Source: Octopus vulgaris
Taxonomy: Eukaryota
Reading direction: 5' to 3'
DNA length: 64,000 bases
Assembly (NCBI GenBank): GCA_951406725.2
Contig: OX597831.1
Coordinates: forward strand, 69,316,001 to 69,380,000
Under the pieces are notes generated by a model that was given only the letters and a program-made list of their open reading frames with translations, was not told the DNA's origin and did not search any database. The translations under genes were made by a program, and so were the position numbers. Shown here one piece after another: positions 12,246 through 24,840 of this stretch. Positions within the stretch are counted from its first letter, which is position 1. Every line of letters begins with the position of its first letter.

Positions 12246-12977
12246 ATAATAATAATATCCACAGAATATAACATTAATTTATAAAAAATCAATATTACTA
12301 CAATTAGTTTTAAAATAAAGGTTTCTGGTTCAAATTCAGTGTTGTATTGTTTTTATATCTATGACTAAGACCTTAAATAATGATCAGACAGAGAACCATT
12401 TGAAACATAGTGTAATGAAAAATATTGAAAGTTTTCATGTATAAATCTAAGGCAAATAACCTGAAAATTATAAATCTTACAGATTGTTTGCTTCTGTATA
12501 TTTTCATGAATAATGGAAACAAATTGTGTTGACATCACTCATGCAGACCAGTGGATTCTTCATCATGGAGCTATTTATCTTTCCAATACTCTGGGAATAT
12601 AAATATATTGTTCTTGTTGATTTGATCTGAAATTCAGATGTGATCAATGATTCTTGTTACGACCATCAAACCTTAAATAGAAGCTCTTTTGTTAGATTGG
12701 TGAAACACATGTTTATTCTCAGCCCCTTTGCAACACACTGTATTCGTTCGGTTCAATACATGACAGCATATTATATTTTATTCTTTTGTTTGTATTGGTT
12801 TCACTTATTGAATTGTTGCCATACTGGGGCACCATTACCTTCAAGAGTTTTAGTTAATGACATCTGCTCCAGTTCTTATATTACTGTGGTACTTAATTTA
12901 TTGATATCTATTGATTAATTAACATTTCACTTCTATTTCTTTTATAGCAATGTTATTTGGCCCATTGATTTACCAAG

Positions 12978-13022
12978 TACACACACACACACACATGCGT
13001 GCACACACACATGCGTGCACAC

Positions 13023-13062
<40 letters not shown>

Positions 13063-13080
13063 ACACACATACACACACAC
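12978..13080. repeat. (CA)n microsatellite
   Basis: Seen directly. Confidence 0.95.
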
Positions 13081-14425
13081 ATTATATGGGTCTTTCTTGT
13101 AAGTTTGTCAATTTCACTCATAAAGAATTCATTAATCTAGTATGATCAAGATGCTATGTACTACAATCAAATCTGGAAACCATGTAATTCCCAAAATGGC
13201 TATGTCTGTATCTAAGTGTATGAGATTATGTTTAAATTTCTTGAGATTAAATATACATACATATATATATATATATATGTATATATATACATACATATAT
13301 GATCTTGTACTTTTGAAAGTCACATGACTGGCAGTGACTTTCCTGTCTTCAAGTTGAGTCACTGCCTTTGAAAGTACTAATAAATTGGCAGTAATTTAGA
13401 ACAACTAATAGATAAACAGACTCTAAATGACATTTGCTGGTTTCAGTATTAGTGTGAAGAAATCCGTAATTAGAAATAATGTGTCAGTAATAGTGCTAGT
13501 ACTACCTCTGAGGTTATTTGAATCTCCTTATATTACCATTTTTACAATATTTTTCTGGAGTAGTTACAATAAGGTGTCTTACTTTTGATGCAGTTTCAAT
13601 GGTAGTAAGTGAGAGTATTCAGGGAATGTTGCTATTACATTTTTAGATTATTTCTACAAGATATTACCATCTAAACATATAACATTTATCTTATGTAAAA
13701 GCAGCAGTAATACTCCTGTGAGTATTAATAGCTTTGCAAATGGGAAGACGGTAAAGTATTTCATCAGTGGAATTACTAGTTGAATGACCCCATTCAGATT
13801 TCTATATTTTAGAACTGTTAAGAGGGCATTTTAGACTACTAATCCCATGGGTAATCACAGTTAACTGAAGTTTTTCTACTCAATATATACAATATATGTT
13901 AGAGCCCACTGCAAGCATATCATTAGTAAATATGAAAAAGTAAGTCTTTGCTTTATCTGGACACATGATTGATATTACTATTATTCTATGAATTTACTAT
14001 CAAATGTTATGATGTAATTTTAGATGATGTTAAATTCTCAATACTCCGTTATAATGTACAATACAATGGCATCTTAATTAGAGACAAACATAAATTCAAA
14101 TTTCAAACTTAATGGTCGGATGGGCAAAATACAATGAGCATAAATCAATGTAAATTAGAAAGCATTCAGTTTCCTGACACATGAATACCACTGTTCATGT
14201 GTTCTACATATCAAACAGACAATTTCAACAGATTGTAGCTTTCAACATTATATTTTGTACTGTTGCTCATGTAACAGAACTTGAAAGCATAACACATTTG
14301 TTTTAACATCAAACCATTAATCTTTATAAAAACGTACAAAAGAGATGTACATTGGTGTGTAGTGAAAGTAGAAACCAAATGTTTGAGATGGAAACCAGAC
14401 ACTCCTCTGTTTTGAATCTCTCTCC

Positions 14426-14437
14426 CACACACACATA

Positions 14438-14492
<55 letters not shown>

Positions 14493-14520
14493 TCACTCAC
14501 TCACTCACTCACTCTCTCCC
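14426..14520. repeat. (CA)n/(CTCA)n microsatellite
   Basis: Seen directly. Confidence 0.95.
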
Positions 14521-15234
14521 CCTCTCTTACAGTTTGGATGAATTTAATCAAGAACTCCATTAGTAAAAAAATTAAACATAATATTTCTAGAATACTTTGT
14601 GTATTTATCACATATGCTGTTTTGCAAATTTCTTACTTGCATGATCAGAGAAATTTCACAAAACTCAGGCTAGCAACAGAAAGTAATCTTAGTCTCAGCA
14701 CTGTAATAAATAATTACACTTTGTTTCTGTATTGAGTACTTCATCTTAGTGGTAATTTTAAACAGATACTTACACTTGTATTCACAATTTTCCAGTGCTC
14801 AGGATACTCCTGTAACTGAGTTCTGTGTAAAGACCTATATGCATGTAGTGTGTATGTGGGTGTGTGTGTGTTTTCTTTGGGATTTCTTTGAGCTTTCTCT
14901 CTGGTAGTATTCAAGTTAGTTGTTACCAAAGTATTAAGAGAACACTTGTTACCTGAATTAGTTGGTGTGTTTGTATATGTTGGTATGTTCATATAAGGTG
15001 CTGTACAGTACATATCACTTTAGTACACAAGTATGTGCTTTATTCTTTCGGTGTATGTGTATTTTATATGTTTATGTAAGGGTGTGCATGTTTTCAGCTC
15101 AGGAGTCTCAAATGGCAAATCCTTAGAGTATTTTACAGATTTTCTTGTACTTCTAGTTGTTTGTATTACAAAAATGTGAGTCAGTTTGCTCTATTCCCTT
15201 TTTTGAAGAACCCCAGTATTTTAAAGGTTTTTAA

Positions 15235-15426
15235 TACCACATAAAAAAAGCACTTAGTCCACTCTGTGGGGTGGTTGGTATTAGGAAGGGTATCCAGCCA
15301 TAAAACCCTACCAAAACAGACACAGTAGCCTAAGGTAGCCTTCTACCTGGCAGGCTCCTGTCAACCATCCTACTCATGTATGGAAGGTGGATGTTAAACA
15401 ATGATGATGATGATGATGATGATGAT
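15235..15426 (+). mobile_element. SINE-like family C, diverged 3' part
   Basis: TTAGGAAGGGTATCCAGCC...GGATGTTAAACAATGATGATG tail. Confidence 0.65.
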
Positions 15427-15498
15427 CTGTGTTATGTAGCTCACTGCACTTTTGGTAGAACTGAAAATCTTTTGCCCAAATATTAGAAAATAGGTTTT

Positions 15499-15692
15499 TC
15501 ATGACGGGTTAAGACCCAGAAACATGCATGTCCTCAGGTGTGAATCTTGGCTGGTGGGGGTGCTTGCCTCCCCTTCACAAATATAAGGACACAGAAAATG
15601 TGTCAAAGCTGATAGGAAGCGTTCGATGATTCCTAGGGCTAAACAGCGGTGTTGTAATTCCAATACTGGACTGTCATGTTAAGTTGACAGTA
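15499..15692 (+). mobile_element. Truncated copy of the hammerhead-bearing element at 60385-60783
   Basis: ATAAGGACACAG...TGTGTCAAAGCT...GCGTTCGATG.TTCCTAGGGCTA.ACAGCGGT...TTGACAGTATACAACCA matches the reverse complement of 60446-60570; HHR remnant ATGAC-GGGT/ACCC-AGAAA-CATGCATG-TC. Confidence 0.7.
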
Positions 15693-16181
15693 TACAACCA
15701 CTCGGTTTTTCATTAGTTCTCTATAAATGATATGATGTTCACAACACTCAGGTGAACACTATAACAGTGCTTGGTGTTTCCTCTTCATCCCTTACAACAA
15801 TGCATCCTGTTGTGCTTTGACCAGGCTGCTGTTTTTCTTGGAATGTTCTGCTACAATTCTTTATTTCTGAAGGTGTGCATACATTCTGGTTCTGATACGA
15901 CTTTAGTGTAATCTGCAGGACAATAATTCCTGCACAGTATTGTAAACAGTTATAGAAACAATGTCAGGTCTTGTGGAAATAGATTTACCCCTTCCACAGA
16001 TTCCCTCCACAGTTAGAGATTGGCATTTCTTTATGCAGCTGTTCTCATCCATATGCATCAGGTGACCATACTAGCACAGCCTTCTCTCTTGCACGCTACA
16101 TCTGATGTTGTATTTTCAAATCATCTCAGCAGACTGAAATGAAAATACAACATCTAATAACCTAACAGTATATCCTTTCTA

Positions 16182-16264
16182 CTCTTCTGATGAGATTTTG
16201 CCTAATACAATGATTTAATTATTGTAATTAAATCTTTTAGGCTACATTGAAACAGCTGTAAGAG
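16182..16264 (+). ncRNA. Type I hammerhead ribozyme fold with palindromic stem III (Penelope type)
   Basis: CTCT..CTGATGA (16187), long stem II with CCTAA/TTAGG and GATTTAATTA/TAATTAAATC, GAAA-CAGCTG-TA, then AGAG. Confidence 0.7.
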
Positions 16265-16338
16265 AATATGTTGGATTTTTGCAGTTAATAAAGGATATTA
16301 ATGCTACATCTCTATTTTCTAAATTTTCTTTTATATAT

Positions 16339-16898
16339 ATATATAAGAATTTTTTGCATAATAAGATAAAAAACCAAGGCTGTATAGATATTAGAGCATT
16401 TATAGATAGAAGGTCTTACAGCTGTTTCTAGGATATTAATTAATAATATCCCTTCATTAGAGACTGTGTGAGAGGAAAAATTATGTCATTGTTAGTTTCG
16501 ATGTGATACAAATAGAGAGTGAGGTGGAGGAAAGAAAATAGATGTAAGATATGTATGGAAACTCTATATTTGGAAGGACTCATATTAAACTGTTGGACTT
16601 TTGGATTTTACTCAAAGGATACTGGAATATTGCATATATACCATTATGCCTATAAAACGGATTTACAAATTCAATACCCATACATATCTTACATCTATTT
16701 TCTTTCCTCCACCTCACTCTCTATTTGTATCACATTGAAACTAACTATGACTTAATTTTTCCTCTCACACCGTCTCCAATGAAGGGATATTATTAATTAA
16801 TATCCTAGAAACAGCTGTAAGACCTTCTATCTATAAATGTTCTAATATCTATACAGCCTTGGTTTTTTTTATCTTATTATGCAAAAAATTCTTATATA
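16339..16898. repeat. Fold-back of about 220-bp inverted arms (16339-16558, 16678-16898), each with a degenerate hammerhead; Penelope-like inverted terminus in (TA)n
   Basis: Arms are reverse complements with few mismatches; each reads GTCT-C(T/C)AATGA-AGGGATAT..ATATCCTA-GAAA-CAGCTG-TA-AGAC. Confidence 0.85.
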
Positions 16899-17050
16899 CA
16901 TATGCTGACATAGAATCAACGTTGAACCCTTTATTCGCAATATTACCGAATCTGGAACTTAGCTATGGTCTGTCTATAGCACTTATTCAGCATTACCTGA
17001 TAGCTTTGGGTCTCAATGACACCATTATCTCTTATAAAATCAACTTCTCG

Positions 17051-17092
<42 letters not shown>

Positions 17093-17280
17093 CTAAATAA
17101 TTAGGGTTCAGCAAAGATTTGCTTTACCACATACCGAAGCTTAGAAATAGCAACAAAAAAACGTTAGCTATTTCTTCTACTTAAAAAGGGACTCCCAGAA
17201 AAACCAAAATACTTGAAAACAATCTTGGTGAAATTATTGATTACTTCTTAATTAATTAATTTTACCTTTTGTTATTACTG

Positions 17281-17338
<58 letters not shown>

Positions 17339-18683
17339 CATACATACATATAAAATGTTAAGAAAGAGGAGGTATAAGATGAAAAAATTTATTTCACCAA
17401 TTGATATCCATATAACTAAGATCGTTTTGCAACCTTTATCATCTAAAAACAATTCATACCTCCACTCTTCTTTATATTTTATACACTCCCAATGAAATAA
17501 TCAATAGCAATTGGATTTAATGGATTTTAACTGTATTGGACTCTACATTATAGCCCTTTGTTTTGTTTTGCTTTGGTTTACTTTGTGGCCTTATCCATTA
17601 AGGAGCATTTCTTATAAGTACCACCAGATTAGTTAAATCCATATATTGTGCTTTGATATATATCTATACACACACAAAGGGTGGGCCAAATATTACATGA
17701 CTTTTGGCCTACCCTGTATATATGAAGAGAGAGAGAATAGTCTTTCATTGGTTGTTATTTTATATTGCAAGGAAAAGAACTATTTTATTAGGAATCAATT
17801 TTCTGCTTTCATTTCAACTACAAAGTTCTTAATATTCATAGAAAGAAGCTGCTATTTCGATCTTAATTTAATTTCAAAACTACAAAATAATTAGGGTTAC
17901 ATTAATTACATAACATTTTTTACATTACAAAAGAAGAAAGCATAATACGTTTGGGGAAATAGAGATGTTGAAAAGAGGACATTTGGTGTAAAATTTTTTT
18001 ACCAAAAGAAATTCACCTTATTTCATAGTTCATTAGTCGCAGAGAAAGAGAGGTAAATCTAATTTAAAAACAACATAAAGATGTAGAAATTAGTTGAAAC
18101 AGTTCCAATTTATTTTCTTCTCTGCTCAAATAACTGTAACCAAAGTTCACAGACCATTTCTCATCAGTGCACTTCTAACTAGAAGATACTTAATTCTACC
18201 AATTTAAGTAAGTTATCATTCTCCCATGTGTTGCAAAGGCAATAAACTGCTCAGTCTCCATACATTCACAAACATTGTTCTGCATCTCCTGAAGAACCTT
18301 TAGCTTCCGAAAAGAAAGTGGTAGCCTTTCTCTTGGGATTTTTTGCAGCATTGTAAGATGGTCTTTCATTAGTTGTTCCTTTCTTTTCCAAGCAAGAGAA
18401 CCATCTCATCAGAAAAGTGAAATTATGCTAAATACAACTAAATTGAAAACCTTTTTCTCCTGGCCATAGCAATTCTGAAAACTTTTGGCTGTGAATTTTA
18501 CATGAGTAGAAGCTTCTTTTAACAAATTTTATCCTGAAAATCACCTGCGTAAATTACACAAGTGCACAAATTACATGTTTTTTTATGGTATATATATATA
18601 TATATATATACACATACATACATAAACATCGTCCAACCCATGCTAGCATGGAAAGCGGACGTTAAACGATGATGATGATGATG

Positions 18684-18722
<39 letters not shown>

Positions 18723-19159
18723 AGAGGTTGATGACTATAGACTGACTATTGCCAAATTTAAACAGATAAATAGTAACTTTGAAGAAACCATAGAAAAGTT
18801 ACATATTTTGCTGCCAACCTTATACCATAGAATATATTTATGGAGATTCCTGACGCACATAATAGCCATATAATATGGAATAATCATCATATTGTAATAA
18901 TCATCATATGGTAATAATAATAATAACAACAACAATAATAATAATAATATTAATAATGATTTCTTTTATTTGTCGCCAAGGTAATTGATGAGGGGACAAT
19001 ACAAAGATAGACATAAAGTGTTGGGGTTTACATATGATGGAATGATAAAATATATACACAGTATACATTAGTAGAAGGAAAATATAGATAGCATATGATG
19101 CTAGAAAAAAAGGGAAACAAGGATTGTGATGGGGTATCCCCCTGATTCAGGGGGACCTC

Positions 19160-19732
19160 TAGGAATGGCTGGGCAATCATCATTATGGACTCGGACAACA
19201 GATAGATCTGATCTACAGGTGACAGCAGCTGTTTGACTTAACTCCTCAAGTCAGCAATGCCCGGACACTGAACGAATGCATCAAGAATGGTTTCGTCAGT
19301 CTGTGAGGACTTCGGACAAGCCTGTCTGACAGCACATCAGTGCCTGTAGGGTTTATCTCGAACCGGTAGCGACTCCTGGTAGCACTGCCAAAGACATCTA
19401 GAAGTTATCCATAACAGTCCCCGACTGGAAAATCCTCTGGAATAGATTTGCCAGTTCTTCTTCGTCGATGCCTGGGGCCTCCCAAGGACATCGTCTCACT
19501 TCCCCTCTTTAAATATCAAAAGTGGACCATCCACCTATCCTGTTGCCTGACTTGTAGAGGACAGTGAGCACCAGATGACATTATAAGTGCCAGGCACCCA
19601 GTCTCAGCCTATTCTTTGCCCAAGACTGCAGCTCTGTCAAGGAGGTGAGCTCTGGAAAGGCATGTCTCACAAACAGAGCTCACATACATTCACCTTCTAG
19701 AAATCCCTGCATCCCGTTCTCAGCACAGCCAT
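19160..19732 (-). pseudogene. LINE ORF2 remnant: first codons joined to C-terminal zf-RVT region
   Basis: MAVLRTGC then LFVRHAFPELTSL...WQCYQESLPVRDK...CPKSSQTDETILDAFVQCP; homologous to 63390-64000. Confidence 0.7.
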
Positions 19733-19759
19733 GTTAGTCAGAGAAAGAAAATGAGGGGG

Positions 19760-21439
19760 CTACTCAGCTTGGTTTTCGAGAAGCCCAGAACTTTCAGGCT
19801 TCTCTACTGGGGGAAAACTTTTAAAAGGCGTTTCCAACAGCCTTTTATCAATAGATTTTTTTAATCCCCACACAACCTGGGAAATTTTCTATCATACTTT
19901 TATAAATGTCTGGCGACGTTTTAATTAAGAGCCTGTCCTTGGGTGTTTTGAGGATGAAATCCTCAAATTCCTTTCCCTCTGTGTCTATACTGTTTATATT
20001 TTAATTTTTAAAATCCATCAATTCACTGTTACACTTATTCACAACAGTGAAATTGATGGATACATTACGTCTACAGTCTCATGAATATTTTTGAAGTTCT
20101 GTAATCAGTTGTTTCTGGGTTTTTGTAATTTTATGCTGTTGTTGATGATGTTGCTGTTTTTGAACTTGTTGTTCTTGTTCTTGTTTTTGTTGGAGTGGTT
20201 GTGAATTGTGTTCCAGTTGTGGTTACAGGATAAGTTTTTGTTGATTTTTTGGAGTAGGACGATGTACTCTCCTCCTCTTTCACCTACCTTCTTTTGTCAC
20301 TGTGATCCATTAATTGTTCAGCTCTTCCTTCTCCATGTCATTGCAGTTGATGTCAGTTTGGGAGGAAGAGCATTCAGAAGAGACTTACTTTTCTGTGGCA
20401 ATGGGTGGTAGACTTCTTCTTTGCCTTGGTATGGGAGTGAGTGTAAGTGTTGACTGCAGTGAGACTTTATTTTTCTTTGTTTCAGGGCAAGAAACCTTTA
20501 AGTGTTTTATAGATCTACATTTATGGATCTTGGTTTTCTATCCTCCACGAACACTGACAGGTGAGTGCCATCAGGGAGATCGATTAGATCGAGCAGCTGG
20601 TCGATATGGTCCTGCTTGCATTGCAAGGTCAGCTCCTTACCTATACCTGACCAGTTTTGCTTAGGTACTTTCTTGACCTCCAGTATTGTGACGTCGACTT
20701 CTCCTAAACCTGCCATGAAGGCTGCCACAAACCAGGCAATGGATATTTCTGTCAGCATATTTAGCACCCTAATCTTGGCAACACATTAGCCACGATAGCT
20801 GGGGATTAAGAAAAAGTTGTCATTCTTCAAAGTGGTTGTGGAATTACATCTAGCTTCTTCTTCCATCCCAAATCTTACCTCAATGGTTCCAAACTTCTTT
20901 CGTCGGGTGGTGTGGGTCTTTTGTTCCCACACGTGCCCAAGGCACTTTTGAACTTCGCTCTCAGGAGCATTTTCCACCCACCAAGACTTGACTTCGATGC
21001 AACCATATGTGACCATGCATCTTGCGATATTTTCTATCATGTCATATGGAGGTTTTAGAGCTACCCTTCTCTCATCTCTTTTTACAATTTTTCTTGCAAA
21101 TTTTAATTATTCTTCATCTATGTAGAAGCATTTCATATTTCTCGCCGCTGACGCAAAAGACGGAGGGGCAATATTTGCATTTTTATGTTCTGCTTCTTTT
21201 GTATTGTTGTTGGTGTTATTATTGTTGTTGTAGTTATTGCTGCTGCTGCTGCTGTTGTCCTCTTTGTCGACACTGAAAGTTTTGATGCTGGTCAGACACA
21301 AAGCATTTTCCGCTTCGGTGGCGTCATTAAGTTTAAGCCATTTGATGTTGATATTCTCAATTTTTTCCTTGCTCTCAAAATTTCTCGATAAGGTGCGCGT
21401 TTCTTTGTTGAATATTATGATGGCTTCTTTATCAGCCAT
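19760..21439 (-). pseudogene. LINE ORF1 (gag-like, zinc-knuckle remnant), disrupted
   Basis: Same-frame ORF pieces 21439-21107, 21040-20786 and 20767-20507 separated by single stops; SFASAAR motif; degenerate CCHC knuckle HKCRSIKHLKVSCP near 20490-20530. Confidence 0.7.
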
Positions 21440-21697
21440 CTTCAGAAATTTAGAAAAAATTCCACAATATTTGTTTTTGCTAAAAGCAATTAAAATTCAA
21501 GCATTATTTCTGCCCCCCACCTGCAAAACAGGGGGGTGTTTCTACACAAAAATACTACCTGCACAATCCAGACAATCTCAGAAATGTAATAATAACAACA
21601 GAAATGAAAAAAACAGGGCCTTAGAAGACCGGAAAAATTACAAATACTTTTTCAACATATGGAGCCTAAATTTCTGTGACTTCATAGTATGGTGGCC

Positions 21698-21749
<52 letters not shown>

Positions 21750-23290
21750 TAATGCATCGTATTAGTTAATGTTGCCTTTCTTGTGATACCAGGAGTTATT
21801 GTCAGTGATGCAGGAAGGGCTCAACGTTTGCAGTATCTGTCATTCCTTGGCATATACTAGTTCCCGTGTGGAGATACAGTTTGCAGCTATCTTGCATATG
21901 CAGTATGCATCTTGTAATTCTTTTTATTGAATTGTAGAGCTAATTCTCATGAGTAGAAATCTTTACTTCCGATATTGAAGAAGTTAATCATTGTAAGTCT
22001 GCATGATGCAGTGAAAACCACATTGGTTTTGAATTTTCTGTTAAGCTAATACAGACACATAATATGGAGATGGCTGTTAGAAATAAGCAAAAGTTTTTTG
22101 TTGACTACCTCCTCCAGGAACCTTTTTGTTAAGGCTATATTCAATTTGATAGCTTAATATTAAAAACTACTGTGAAACAGTGAACCCAATTATCTCTAAA
22201 CCCATTACAAGGAAGCCCATGGGTATTAATGATTTCACTTATGGAGATACTATAGTTTCTGTTAATTTTCTGTTACATAGATTTCTAAGAATGCATAAAT
22301 CTATCTACCAAAACTGCAGTTACATTAAACTTTAAACTTTAAATAAAAATGTGATACTTAACTTTTTGTGAGAAGCATTTGTTCTATTATTTCCAGATAT
22401 ACTCCAATGCAAACAAACGATAACAATAGTGTGTTTGACATGAATATATAAAGAAATTAAGCATGTAAATAAATTGATATTTTCAAGTCATTAATTTAAA
22501 GAAAAAAATTGTTGGGTTGTCAAAAGTATAGCAACAAGATAAACCAGTTATAAAATAAGAAGGTTTTGATATTGAAATTGATGATAAGCAAAAAGAAAAC
22601 TGCTTATGACATACAAACCACCTTTCTAGCAAGAATGTTTGACTTAGTAAAATATATTGCAAATATCAAAATCAAATAAATTTCTATAAAACCATTCAAA
22701 AAGCACAAAAACTGTCTTAATGCAAGGAAGACTATAGACAATAAAAGAGTCTAGAAGAGAAATTTACATACTACCCACAACATAAGAAAGCTGTTAGGGT
22801 ACACCAAAGTGAGAACATCTGAATATAAGCTAATAGCTTTAAACTGAAATGAAAAGTTAATTGCTACAAGGAAAAACCTTTTGCATGAGAAAAGTCACCA
22901 AGAAGAACATAATCAACTGGAAATTTTGTGATAATGCAAAATCACCCGACAGTATTGTAATGAAGCCTTCTGCATTCCCCATTAGCATTTCATTGTGTCA
23001 CTAGAAAGCATATTCAAATCCTACATGCTCCAATTTATTTAGCTATAACAAATAAGTCTTGCATACTTCTAGGGCAGTTATCAGCAGTAGAACACAAACC
23101 TACTTGTCATTACATTTCTTGGTCAATGGCTATTTCTTTGGCAATTGAAAGCAATAATTGTCTGAAGTGTATATATTACTTTAATGCAAGAACTGAATGA
23201 AACTGAGTAATTGTGTTTCAATTAACTTTTGACATAACATTTTGAGAACTTTAGTAAAATAAATATTATTTTCATTAGGTGTTGTGAACA

Positions 23291-23641
23291 GGTGCAGGAG
23301 TGGCTGTGTGGTAAGTAGCTTGCTTACCAACCACATGGTTCCGGGTTCAATCCCACTGTATGGCACCTTGGGCAAGTGTCTTCTACTATAGCTTCGGGCC
23401 AACCAAAGCCTTGTGAGTGAATTTAGTAGACGGAAACTGAAAGAAGCCCGTCGTATATATATATATATATGCGTGACAACCGATGCTGGTGTGTTTATGT
23501 CCCCGTTACTTAGTGGTTCGGCAAAAGAGACCGATAGAATAAGAACTGGGCTTACAAAGGAATAAGTCCTGGGGTCGAGTTGCTCCAGCATGGCCGCAGT
23601 CAAATGACTGAAACAAGTAAAAGAGTAAAAGAGTAAAGAGT
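23291..23641 (+). mobile_element. tRNA-derived SINE family A (small internal deletions)
   Basis: Family A head and tail. Confidence 0.9.
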
Positions 23642-24064
23642 ATGAAATATAAAAAAAGTTCTTACAGAGTTATAAAGAAAGGTACTGTAAGTAAAGATTA
23701 CACACACAGACATATAATTAACATTATCTATCACACACACAGACACACACAAACACAAGTTAGTAGTTTAAAAGCAAAGAAACTAATTATTCTTTGCTTT
23801 TACAGTACTAAACTATGATAGGAAATTTATTCTGTTTACTCTTCACTGCTTTAGACTCTTATCGTAACTATGGTTTACTAAATACACCTGTATGTATTCA
23901 GGTGAGAAACGCAGCTAAATACTAGATTTTAATAGCTGCTGGATGATCAGTAAGGATCATGTTTATCTCCTCTCTAATAAGACAATAATCCTTTTATGCT
24001 AACACAGTACTTTATCTATCCAGTGGATGTATGTTTTATACTGCTCACCCCCTTTTTTTTTTTT

Positions 24065-24468
24065 TTACTTGTTTCAGTCATTTGACTGCGGCCATGCTGG
24101 AGCACCGCCTTTAGTCGAGCAACTCGACCCCGGGACTTATTCTTTTGTAAGCCCAGTACTTATTCTATCAGTCTCTTTTTGCCGAACCGCTAAGTGATGG
24201 GGACATAAACACACCAGCATCGGTTGTCAAGCAATGCTAGGGGGACAAACACAGACACACAAACATATACACACACACACATATATATATATATATACAT
24301 ATATACGACAGGCTTCTTTCAGTTTCCATCTACCAAATCCACTCACAAGGCATTGGTTGGCCCGGGGCTATAGCAGAAGACACTTACCCAAGGTGCCATG
24401 CAGTGGGACTGAACCCGGAACCATGTGGTTGGTAAGCAAGCTACTTACCACACAGCCACTCCTGCACC
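24065..24468 (-). mobile_element. tRNA-derived SINE family A
   Basis: Reverse complement of the family A sequence. Confidence 0.9.
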
Positions 24469-24614
24469 TATAAAAAAAAGACATTTTCCCAATGTGCTGT
24501 ACAGCAGGACTGAACTGGAGTCCTCATGGTTGGGAAGCAAGCTTCTTAACCACACAGCCATGTAACCCTTTCTACGATATATTTTTTGTATATTTTTTTG
24601 AATAACACCTGTGT

Positions 24615-24840
24615 ATTATTACCTCCGCCTTAGCGAAGGTGGAGGTATTGTTTTCAGTTGTGTTTGTTTGTTTGTCCATTAGATGGATTTGGATGAGACT
24701 TTCAGGGATGTTTAACCTTGTGACTGGCATGAACTTATAAAATTTTGGGATCGATCCAGTATCAGACAAGGAATGTTGTTTGTTTTTACCTGTTTTTCTA
24801 CTTTATTTTCGAGAGCAGTCGGGTTCGTTACATGCGGTGT
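24615..24840 (+). mobile_element. Helentron-associated (HINE/DINE-1-like) non-autonomous element
   Basis: TTATTACCTCCGCCTTAGCGAAGGTGGAGGTATTG subterminal inverted repeat followed by (GTTT)n and GTCC. Confidence 0.55.

Larger units (their letters stand above)
18959..21700 (-). mobile_element. Tx1/L1-clade non-LTR retrotransposon, internally deleted, flanked by (AAT)n on both sides
   Basis: 5' UTR, ORF1, ORF2 start, zf-RVT C-terminus and 3' UTR ending AATAAAAGAAAT; (AAT)n at 18912-18958 and 21699-21750. Confidence 0.8.
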
